Positions 1 to 8,048 of a stretch of DNA of 55,896 bases are shown one piece after another. Each line of letters starts with the position of its first letter. Position 1 is the stretch's first letter. Position numbers and translations under genes: made by a program. Source of the stretch: Microgenomates group bacterium GW2011_GWA2_44_7 (lineage in GTDB: Bacteria > Patescibacteriota > Microgenomatia > GWA2-44-7); NCBI GenBank assembly GCA_000999595.1, contig LCJH01000008.1:1-55896 (forward strand), given 5' to 3'. The notes under the pieces are model-generated. The model worked only from the letters and a program-made list of their open reading frames with translations. It did no database searches and was not told where the DNA came from.

Positions 1-48
1 TAAGTTCCTATTTTGGCCGATGATACCTGATCTTCCCCGATCTTATGA

Positions 49-91
49 GGTGACATTTCTAATTTGGCGAGGGGTGACGTTTCTAAATTGG
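49..91 (+). promoter_or_regulatory. Two 19-nt direct repeats (GGTGACrTTTCTAAwTTGG) with a 24-bp period; candidate operator (MraZ box?) upstream of the dcw promoter
   Basis: 49-67 ggtgacatttctaatttgg versus 73-91 ggtgacgtttctaaattgg, 17/19 identical. Located just 5' of the TTGACA at 113. Confidence 0.4.
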
Positions 92-112
92 ACTAACAGT
101 CTTTTTTTCTTC

Positions 113-141
113 TTGACAGCTCGTGAAAAAAGTATCATTAT
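113..141 (+). promoter_or_regulatory. Sigma70-like promoter for the mraZ/dcw operon
   Basis: TTGACA (113-118), 17-nt spacer, CATTAT (136-141). It lies 35 nt upstream of the mraZ ATG. Confidence 0.5.
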
Positions 142-176
142 GGTTTTAAGTGGATTAAAATGGATCAGATTGTCTT

Positions 177-599
177 ATGTCAAAAAAGAACAAAATCGGC
201 CTATTTCTCGGGACTTATTATCATGAAGTAGCCATGGGTTCGCGGGTTACTCTACCCAGTCGTTTTAAAGTTGAGTTAACCCAAAACCAGGTGGTGATGA
301 TCCAGGCTGACGAGGGTTCAATTCTCTGTTTTGACGCAGAGCAGTTTGTGAAAAATACCCAAAAATATATGCAAGAGTCAACGCTCGAATCAGATGCAAG
401 ATTATTTAGAAGAAATGTTTTTAATAACGCGGTCGCCGTTGATGTCGATGAAGCCGGTCGTTTTGTTATCCCCGAAGCCATGCGTAAAAGTGCAGGAATA
501 AATACTAAGGTGGTTCTTGCGGGAATGGGAGACGCCTTTGAACTATGGAGTCAAGAGAGATATCAACAAGTTTCTGCCCATAAACCTGGGCAGTTATGA
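177..599 (+). CDS. mraZ: Transcriptional regulator MraZ
   Basis: 140 aa. Two SpoVT/AbrB-like halves (VTLPSRFK...; DEAGRFVIPEAMR). First gene before rsmH, as in canonical dcw clusters. Confidence 0.9.
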   Translation: MSKKNKIGLFLGTYYHEVAMGSRVTLPSRFKVELTQNQVVMIQADEGSILCFDAEQFVKNTQKYMQESTLESDARLFRRNVFNNAVAVDVDEAGRFVIPEAMRKSAGINTKVVLAGMGDAFELWSQERYQQVSAHKPGQL

Positions 600-1534
600 G
601 CAAGGAACTCTATCATATCCCCGTTCTTTTACATGAAGTTATTCGTTATTTAAATCCAGCACCTGGAAAGCGTTATATCGATGCAACTCTAGGCGGTGGT
701 GGACACTGTGAAGCTTTGCTACAAGCAGGCGCGGTTGTTCTAGGTATTGATCGTGACCCAGAAGCCCTTGCCCATGCCCGGGAGCATTTAAAAGAGTATC
801 TCGAGGCCCGCCCTGGTCCGAATAATCTTCGGACCGATAATCTAAAGAATGCTCCCGGAAGGGTTCTGACCTTAATTAAAGGTGATTTTGGTCAGCTAAC
901 CGAACTGGCTCTGCCAACGGGCTTTAAGTCCGTTGATGGGATACTTTTTGACTTTGGGGTATCAAGCCATCAACTAGAGGATCCATCGAGAGGGTTTAGT
1001 TTTAAAGCTAAAGCCCTTCTCGATATGAGAATGGACCCTGAAGGACAAAAAGTTACCGCCGCCGATCTCATAAACAAACTACCAGAAAATGATATTGCAG
1101 AAATTATTAAAAATTATGGCCAAGAGCATCGGGCTTTCCAATTGGCTCATGCTATTGTCCGCGCCCGTGGATTAAGTCCGATAACTACTACGGAGCAGCT
1201 TGCTGCGATCGTAGTAAGAAATAGGCCTCGATCAAAAGGCGATAAGATTCATCCTGCCACCCGTACTTTTCAGGCACTTAGAATTGCTGTCAACTGGGAG
1301 CTTGAAAGTATCGCTAAGGCGCTGGAAGCCGTCCCCGGCTTGGTACAAAGTAAGGGAGTATTCGTAGCCATAAGCTTTCACTCTTTAGAGGACCGTCTAG
1401 TAAAAAATTTCCTTAAAAATAATAAAGAAATCATGGAGATTATCACAAAGAAACCCATCACCCCGACCGACTTGGAGATAAAAACCAATCCAAAATCGCG
1501 CTCTGCAAAGTTGAGAGTGGCGATCAAAAAGTAA
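596..1534 (+). CDS. rsmH: 16S rRNA (cytosine1402-N4)-methyltransferase RsmH
   Basis: HIPVLLHEV, DATLGGGGH and DFGVSSHQLE motifs. 4-nt overlap with mraZ. Confidence 0.95.
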   Translation: MSKELYHIPVLLHEVIRYLNPAPGKRYIDATLGGGGHCEALLQAGAVVLGIDRDPEALAHAREHLKEYLEARPGPNNLRTDNLKNAPGRVLTLIKGDFGQLTELALPTGFKSVDGILFDFGVSSHQLEDPSRGFSFKAKALLDMRMDPEGQKVTAADLINKLPENDIAEIIKNYGQEHRAFQLAHAIVRARGLSPITTTEQLAAIVVRNRPRSKGDKIHPATRTFQALRIAVNWELESIAKALEAVPGLVQSKGVFVAISFHSLEDRLVKNFLKNNKEIMEIITKKPITPTDLEIKTNPKSRSAKLRVAIKK

Positions 1535-1538
1535 ATAT

Positions 1539-1883
1539 ATGCATGATTTTCGTTTTAATAAGAAACCAGTAAAAAAACATAACTGTCTTAACAACCCAAA
1601 CAAAAGACTTTGGATGGGATATTGGGTCATAACTTCAACCATAATTATCCTTTCGCTCTCCCAAGTTCTAATTTCCAGTAACATTGCCACAATGGGAGCG
1701 GATTTAGCCAAGATCCAAAAAACAACGGTTGTATTTGAAGAAAGTAATTCTGTCCTGGGTGCCAAACTCGACAGATATCATTCCTTATTAAACGTTTCCG
1801 AAAATGGAAGTATAAATGGTTTCATAGAGACTACCTCTAAAATCGTTTTTGGATCGACAAAGGTACCGGTTGCTTTAAGATAG
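1539..1883 (+). CDS. Small single-pass membrane protein, FtsL-like by position
   Basis: 114 aa with one TM segment (WMGYWVITSTIIILSLSQVLISS). Sits between rsmH and ftsI, where ftsL normally lies. No sequence motif supports the call. Confidence 0.5.
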   Translation: MHDFRFNKKPVKKHNCLNNPNKRLWMGYWVITSTIIILSLSQVLISSNIATMGADLAKIQKTTVVFEESNSVLGAKLDRYHSLLNVSENGSINGFIETTSKIVFGSTKVPVALR

Positions 1884-1888
1884 TTGGT

Positions 1889-3595
1889 ATGAACCATCGG
1901 CTTAGGGCGGTGGCATTCGCTTTTATCATCTGCTTGTTCCTGGTTGTATTTAAGTTATATTATTGGCAAGTCTTAAAAAGCGATGAGCTATCTCGTTCTG
2001 CGAAAAATCAGTATAGCGCTGCATATGCCGTTGGTGTATCACGAGGAACAATTCGCAGCTCAGATAACTTCCCCTTAGTAACGAACAAGCTTGTCTATAC
2101 ATTGGCAGTTGATCCTACAATGCTCGAAGACACACGCAGGATATTCTCAGACGTGTTGCCTATAGTTTTGGCAGATACCCCGACCCTCTCAAGAGAAACT
2201 CTCGCGGAAAAATGGAGAAATCTTCTGAAATTACGCGATTCTCGATGGATCCCACTATCCAATAATTTGTCTTCATCAACCGCAGAAGAAGTCGGTAAAC
2301 TAGCGATTTCTGGGTTAATACTGCGCAGTGGGCTAAATCGTGATTACCCCGAGGCGTCAATCGCCGCCAGTTTGGTTGGAATTGTCGCGGGGGATAAAGA
2401 TGGTAACCCAAAAGGTTATTTTGGCTTGGAGGGTTATTACAATCGCGAGCTTGAAGGTCATCCGGGATTAGTAAATGAAGAAAAAGATGCTAGGGGCCAG
2501 CCAATATTGCTGGGGAAGTTTCAAAAAAGCGATTGGGAGAGGGGTAGAGACCTCGTTCTTCATATTGATCGAGGAGCACAGTTTATCTCTCAGCGCTCTT
2601 TGGCTGATGGCCTAGAGCGATATGGAGCCTCGGAGGGATCTGTGATAGTTATGGACCCAAAAAATGGGGCAATACTGGCGATGGTTTCGTTACCAACATA
2701 TGATCCTAACCTGTACGCTTCTACCGACTCAAAATTATTCTTAAACGGAGCGGTAGCAAAAAGCTTTGAACCAGGGTCGATATTTAAGCCTATAATGATG
2801 GCAATCGCTCTGAGTGAGAACGTAATCACCCCGGAGACTTTATGTGACCGATGTTCAGGACCTTGGAAGGTAGGTGAATACTGGATACGTACCTGGAATG
2901 AAAAATATTTTCCCCAGGAGACGATGACCGATGTGATTATTCATTCAGACAATGTGGGAATGACTTTCGTAGCTGATAAAATCGGGCCAAAGAAAATGCT
3001 TCATTTTTTTGAAAAATTTGGGATTGGTCAAGCAACAGAAATTGACCTTGAGGATGAAGACTTCATACCTATCCGTGAAGAAAATAACTGGTCACCGATA
3101 GATTATGCGGCCGCCTCTTTCGGGCAGGGAATTGCCCTGACACCGATACAGATGATACGTGCGATTGCGGTAATTGCAAACAAGGGTATTATGGTGGAGC
3201 CACATATTGTATCCAAAATAATCGGCGTAGAAAACGAAAAAGTTATTAAACCAAAAATCTTAGGTCGGATAATCTCTGAGGATGCGGCCAGAATGACAAC
3301 AGAAATGATGGTTTTAGCAGTTGATCGTGGAGAGGCTAAATGGACGAGCCTTAAAGGCTTCCGCATTGCTGGAAAAACGGGAACAGCCCAAATACCGGTC
3401 GGCGGAAAATATGATCAGAAAAAAATTAACGCTTCCTTTGTAGGTTTTATACCCGCCGAAAATCCCAAGTTTATTATGCTGGTAACATTGCACAATCCCC
3501 AGAGTTCTTCTTGGGCGGCGGAAACAGCCGCACCTTTATGGTTTTCTCTTGCAAATAAACTGATTACCTATTGGGGTGTAGCAAATTTTCGATAA
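1889..3595 (+). CDS. ftsI: Penicillin-binding protein (class B transpeptidase, FtsI/PBP2-like)
   Basis: N-terminal TM segment. SxxK (SIFKP), SxN (HSDN) and KTG (AGKTGTA) motifs. Confidence 0.9.
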   Translation: MNHRLRAVAFAFIICLFLVVFKLYYWQVLKSDELSRSAKNQYSAAYAVGVSRGTIRSSDNFPLVTNKLVYTLAVDPTMLEDTRRIFSDVLPIVLADTPTLSRETLAEKWRNLLKLRDSRWIPLSNNLSSSTAEEVGKLAISGLILRSGLNRDYPEASIAASLVGIVAGDKDGNPKGYFGLEGYYNRELEGHPGLVNEEKDARGQPILLGKFQKSDWERGRDLVLHIDRGAQFISQRSLADGLERYGASEGSVIVMDPKNGAILAMVSLPTYDPNLYASTDSKLFLNGAVAKSFEPGSIFKPIMMAIALSENVITPETLCDRCSGPWKVGEYWIRTWNEKYFPQETMTDVIIHSDNVGMTFVADKIGPKKMLHFFEKFGIGQATEIDLEDEDFIPIREENNWSPIDYAAASFGQGIALTPIQMIRAIAVIANKGIMVEPHIVSKIIGVENEKVIKPKILGRIISEDAARMTTEMMVLAVDRGEAKWTSLKGFRIAGKTGTAQIPVGGKYDQKKINASFVGFIPAENPKFIMLVTLHNPQSSSWAAETAAPLWFSLANKLITYWGVANFR

Positions 3596-3649
3596 ACTTA
3601 TCCCTACCTTGTACTGGGTGTGTAGACGAGGCTATAATTAGTTGTCCAC

Positions 3650-4039
3650 ATGAATGTCTTTGAAAAAGAGCGAACGAGGCATCATATTTCAGTCAGAGTT
3701 GCCCATGAAGGAATATTAATTGCCCTGCGAACTCAACCAAATTTTGCATATCATGCTTTTTTCTCACTGACTTCTGTCCTCTTTGGGGTATTTTTCCAAA
3801 TTACTCGTTATGAATGGTTAATAATCTGCGTGACAATTATCATGGGTTTTGTCATCGAGATGGCAAATACTTCAATTGAATATGTAGTCGACCTAGCAAC
3901 AAAGAAATGGCATAAAGACGCGAAACAGGCAAAAGATATCGCTGCCGGGATGATGATGATTTTTGCCTACGGCTCAGTACTTATCGCCGTCATCATCTAT
4001 ACACCATATTTTCTGTCCCTCATGAGATGGTTAAAGTAA
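3650..4039 (+). CDS. dgkA: Diacylglycerol/undecaprenol kinase family membrane protein
   Basis: 129 aa with 3 TM segments. EMANTSIEYVVD resembles the DgkA E..N.AIE..VD motif. Confidence 0.75.
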   Translation: MNVFEKERTRHHISVRVAHEGILIALRTQPNFAYHAFFSLTSVLFGVFFQITRYEWLIICVTIIMGFVIEMANTSIEYVVDLATKKWHKDAKQAKDIAAGMMMIFAYGSVLIAVIIYTPYFLSLMRWLK

Positions 4040-4061
4040 ACAGACAGCAAACATCCTAATT

Positions 4062-5102
4062 ATGGTTCTCTATCTTGGTTTATTAATATTCTCATTCGTC
4101 ATATCTAGTATTGCCGTTGTCCCATTTATCAACTTACTTTACTCTCTAAAATTCAGACGAAGAAATCAATTAAAAATAATTCAAAAAACCGAAACTTATA
4201 AGCCTTTCATACGTTGGCATAAACTCCATAACTGGAAATCGGGAACTCCCGTAGGAGGAGGACTATTAGTAATCGGAGTGGTAACCCTTCTCTATTTATT
4301 ATTATTTCCACTCATGTCAAAACTTGGAGTTTATATCTCGACTTCTTATCCTATAGTTCAGGAGCTTCAAATACTGTTTTTCACTTTCTTATCTTTTGGT
4401 GCTTTAGGACTATATGACGATGTCATTAAGTTCTTTGGCATTCCCAAACAAGGGATCTTTGGAATTCGGACGCGCACGAAGTTTATCATTCAATGGCTAT
4501 TAGCAATTATCATTGCAGTCATGCTCTATCAGAACTTACATATCCAGATTGTTAATATCCCACTATTTGGTGTAGTAAATTTGGGCTTGTGGTATATCCC
4601 CTTTGCTGCTTTTGTAATAGTTACGTTCGTTAATGCTTTCAACATAACGGATGGGCTTGACGGGTTATCTTGCGGTTTATTCCTTTTTGCCCTGGGAGCC
4701 TTTTGGGTAATTGCCGGCTCGTCTCTTGATACCGTCCTTTCTACCTTTATTGCCCTGTTCATAGGTTCAATGATGGCCTTTCTTTATTTTAATGTATTCC
4801 CTGCGAGGGTTTGGTTGGGTGATGTCGGGGCGTTATCTTTTGGGGCGACACTTGCTGTTATAGGACTACTTTTGGGGAAGGTTGTAGCGGTGTTTGTTGT
4901 CTCTGGCATATTTTTGGTCGACGGAGGTAGCAGTTTAATACAAATACTTTCATGGAGAATATTTAATAGAAGAGTTTTTGAGATCGCTCCTTTGCATCAC
5001 CTATTGGAGATCAGGGGTTGGGAAGAACCTAAAATTGTAATGCGGGCGTGGTTAGCGGGACTGATGCTGGCAATTTTCGGTCTTTGGTTAGCTCTTCTTT
5101 AA
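4062..5102 (+). CDS. mraY: Phospho-N-acetylmuramoyl-pentapeptide transferase MraY
   Basis: Polytopic membrane protein. NAFNITDGLDGL and VFPARVWLGDVGALSFG motifs. Confidence 0.95.
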   Translation: MVLYLGLLIFSFVISSIAVVPFINLLYSLKFRRRNQLKIIQKTETYKPFIRWHKLHNWKSGTPVGGGLLVIGVVTLLYLLLFPLMSKLGVYISTSYPIVQELQILFFTFLSFGALGLYDDVIKFFGIPKQGIFGIRTRTKFIIQWLLAIIIAVMLYQNLHIQIVNIPLFGVVNLGLWYIPFAAFVIVTFVNAFNITDGLDGLSCGLFLFALGAFWVIAGSSLDTVLSTFIALFIGSMMAFLYFNVFPARVWLGDVGALSFGATLAVIGLLLGKVVAVFVVSGIFLVDGGSSLIQILSWRIFNRRVFEIAPLHHLLEIRGWEEPKIVMRAWLAGLMLAIFGLWLALL

Positions 5103-5115
5103 AATTTCAAGATTA

Positions 5116-6207
5116 ATGAGAAAAAAAATAGCTATTAACCATGGCTATGTCGACAAAGGCCTGTTATTGTTAACGATTGCTCTTGCCATATTTGGTGTCG
5201 TAATGGTTTACGACGCCTCAAGCGCTTCTGCCTACAAAGATTTTGGTGACAAACTTTATTATGCAAGAAACCAATCATTATGGTTTGTAATCGGCATTAT
5301 TGCGATGGGCGTCTTATCTCGGGTTGATTATCACTGGCTCACAAAAATGTCTTTCTTTATTTTAAGTTTATCTACAATCTTTCTAATACTTGTTCTCGTC
5401 CCGGGGATGGGCACCTCTCTCTTGGGCGCTAAAAGATGGATTACCCTTTTTGGATTTAATTTCCAACCGGCGGAGCTCACAAAAATTGCTGCAGTCCTTT
5501 TTTTTGCCAGAATTATGAGAACAAAACCCAAGTTGCCAATTATCGCTGCCGTACTTTTAGCCTTAGGGGTACTTATTATGCTTGAACCGGACTTGGGAAC
5601 CACCGTCGTAATAGTTGGTTCCGGCTTTATTCTATATTTCGTAGCTGGAGCCAGGATTCATGAATTAATATTGGCCGTACCTGTTATTTTATTAATATCC
5701 GCCGGACTGATTATCAATTCCGAATACCGAAGATCTCGCATACTGACCTTTTTAAATCACCAGAGTGATCCACTGGGAACTTCCTATCAAGTCAGGCAAA
5801 TACTTCTAGCTTTAGGTTCAGGAGGGATATCTGGGTTAGGTTTAGGTCAATCACGACAGAAATATCTTTTTTTGCCGGAAGTAGCTACAGATTCAATATT
5901 CGCCGTAGTGGCTGAAGAATTAGGTTTTATAGGGGCAGTTACGTTGATTCTTATGTTACTTGGCCTATTTCTGCGTGGCTTGAAGATTGCTTGGCATGCG
6001 CCGGACCGAGAAGGTATGTTGCTGGCAACCGGCATAGTGTCGTTCTTGGCGGTACAAACGATAATTAATCTAGGAGCGATGGTTTCGCTCTTGCCTCTGA
6101 CCGGGGTTCCCTTGCCTTTTATTTCATATGGAGGTTCGTCCTTAGTCGTCTCGCTCAGCTCAATCGGCATACTTCTCAATATTTCTCGACAGACAAAAGA
6201 ATGCTAA
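5116..6207 (+). CDS. ftsW: SEDS-family peptidoglycan polymerase FtsW
   Basis: SEDS motifs (QPAELTKI, PEVATDSIFAVVAEELGF, TGVPLPFISYGGSS). Lies between mraY and murG. Confidence 0.9.
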   Translation: MRKKIAINHGYVDKGLLLLTIALAIFGVVMVYDASSASAYKDFGDKLYYARNQSLWFVIGIIAMGVLSRVDYHWLTKMSFFILSLSTIFLILVLVPGMGTSLLGAKRWITLFGFNFQPAELTKIAAVLFFARIMRTKPKLPIIAAVLLALGVLIMLEPDLGTTVVIVGSGFILYFVAGARIHELILAVPVILLISAGLIINSEYRRSRILTFLNHQSDPLGTSYQVRQILLALGSGGISGLGLGQSRQKYLFLPEVATDSIFAVVAEELGFIGAVTLILMLLGLFLRGLKIAWHAPDREGMLLATGIVSFLAVQTIINLGAMVSLLPLTGVPLPFISYGGSSLVVSLSSIGILLNISRQTKEC

Positions 6208-7325
6208 ATAAATTAAATAAGCGAATCGTATTTACCGGGGGCCATCATAATAGCGCACTAGCTGTGGCAATGGAACTTAAAAAGAAAGGTTGCGAGGTCT
6301 TCTGGCTGGGCCATAAATATTCGATGTGGGGGGACAATAGTCCGGCGGCGGAGTATCGCGAAGTAACAGCAACCGGTATTCAGTTCTTTGAGTTGAAGGC
6401 AGGTAAATTGTATCGGACCTATAACCCTTTAAAACTTCTCCGAATTTTTTGGGGGTTCATTGAGGCGTTTAAGTGCTTAAGATTGACAAGGCCAGATATT
6501 ATTGTTTCCTTCGGGGGGTATCTTGCGGTGCCTGTAGTAATTGTTGGATGGTTCCTTGGCATCCCGGCGATTACTCACGAGCAGACCTCCGTCTCTGGAT
6601 TGTCGAATCAATTGATTGGGAGATTCGCTAGGGTAGTTCTTCTGACATATGACACTTCAAAGTCATATTTTCCACAAGGGAAGGTAAAGGTTATCGGTCT
6701 TCCTTTACCGGAAAGTTTCTTTCGATATCTTAAGGTGCATGAAGTGAAGAAAAAAAGAAGCAACAAAGCAATATTTATTACAGGTGGGAAACAGGGCTCC
6801 CATGTTATAAACAAAAAAATAATGCCGGTAATTGGTAAGTTAGTGAGGAAATATGAAGTTATCCATCAAACTGGGTCGTCGACCCTTTTCAGGGATTTTG
6901 CTGCGGCCGGAAGTATCCGCGATGAGATGAATGTTAGTCTTAGATCCCGATATAAGGTTGTAGATTATCTCTCTGGGGATGATAACTGGAAAGCTTGGTT
7001 TCACGCTGACTTAATTGTGTCTAGATCGGGTGCGCACACGGTATATCAGTTGGGGGTAACCGGTAAACCGGCTCTTTTAATTCCGATTCCCTGGGTGGTA
7101 AATAATGAACAACATCGAAATGCTCAGATTTTGAAGCAAATCGGCTCGGTGGAGATACTTGCCGAAAGAGACTTAACTCCAGAACGACTTTTAGATAAGA
7201 TACAATTGATGATGGGAAACCTAGAATTCTATGAGAAAAACGCTTTTTCCCATCGATACGACTTCCCACTTAATGCCAAAGAAAAAATGGTCGATGAAAT
7301 TGTACAAATTATCAGCGAGGATTAA
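6201..7325 (+). CDS. murG: UDP-GlcNAc:lipid I N-acetylglucosaminyltransferase MurG
   Basis: N-terminal FTGGHHNSALAV (G-loop) and SRSGAHTVYQLGVTGKPALLIP. Position in the dcw cluster. Confidence 0.85.
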   Translation: MLNKLNKRIVFTGGHHNSALAVAMELKKKGCEVFWLGHKYSMWGDNSPAAEYREVTATGIQFFELKAGKLYRTYNPLKLLRIFWGFIEAFKCLRLTRPDIIVSFGGYLAVPVVIVGWFLGIPAITHEQTSVSGLSNQLIGRFARVVLLTYDTSKSYFPQGKVKVIGLPLPESFFRYLKVHEVKKKRSNKAIFITGGKQGSHVINKKIMPVIGKLVRKYEVIHQTGSSTLFRDFAAAGSIRDEMNVSLRSRYKVVDYLSGDDNWKAWFHADLIVSRSGAHTVYQLGVTGKPALLIPIPWVVNNEQHRNAQILKQIGSVEILAERDLTPERLLDKIQLMMGNLEFYEKNAFSHRYDFPLNAKEKMVDEIVQIISED

Positions 7326-8037
7326 GAGAGTTACTCCAAAACTTTTGTTATTTCTCTTGCCGGTCACGATTTTGTTGATATTGACCTGGCTGCTGGTAAC
7401 CAATAAGTTTCTCCGCTTCGAAGAAATCACATGTGTAAATTCTAACGGGGAAGGTTGTCCTCTTGAAATTATTAACACTCTTGCTTCAATTAAGAAACAA
7501 GCCATCTTTCCCGGCGATGTCTCGGGCGTTCTTGACTCAATTAAGCAGCGTTATCCCTATATAAAGAACATGTCAGTTCAGAGACGAGGCCTAAAAACAA
7601 TAACGATCAAACTAAGTATTAAAAAGCCAGCAGTTGCTATAACAAATGAGGCCTTCACTCTAAAACCTCGGTGGTATTTACTTGATAATCAAGGTTTGCT
7701 TATAAGCGAAAGTAGCGAAATCGGATATTTACCTAAGCTTTATTTAAATGAAGCGGATTGGAAATTTTCTGACCACAAGCTATCCACTGTTTATGCCGAT
7801 CGAGCCCTTCCGGTGCTTATACTTCTAGGCGAAAAGTTTACTGGCATTGACGCGAGAATCTCGTCCTTTGGTGACTTAGAAATTTCAATCTCCGGCTTGA
7901 AGGCTTTAATATCTCTAGAAAAGGACCCATTCATTTCTGCTGCCACTTTACAATTGCTACTAGCCGAGCCTACAATACAGGATAATAAGCCCAAAGTGGT
8001 AGATTTAAGGTTTCAAAATATTACCCTTTCTTACTAA
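7294..8037 (+). CDS. ftsQ: FtsQ-like cell-division protein (TM plus POTRA-like region)
   Basis: TM segment [19 protein letters not shown]. Located immediately upstream of ftsA. The ORF is open from 7231, but starts at 7273 or 7294 give an acceptable overlap with murG. The start is uncertain. Confidence 0.6.
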   Translation: MKLYKLSARIKRVTPKLLLFLLPVTILLILTWLLVTNKFLRFEEITCVNSNGEGCPLEIINTLASIKKQAIFPGDVSGVLDSIKQRYPYIKNMSVQRRGLKTITIKLSIKKPAVAITNEAFTLKPRWYLLDNQGLLISESSEIGYLPKLYLNEADWKFSDHKLSTVYADRALPVLILLGEKFTGIDARISSFGDLEISISGLKALISLEKDPFISAATLQLLLAEPTIQDNKPKVVDLRFQNITLSY

Positions 8038-8048
8038 ACATCAGGATA

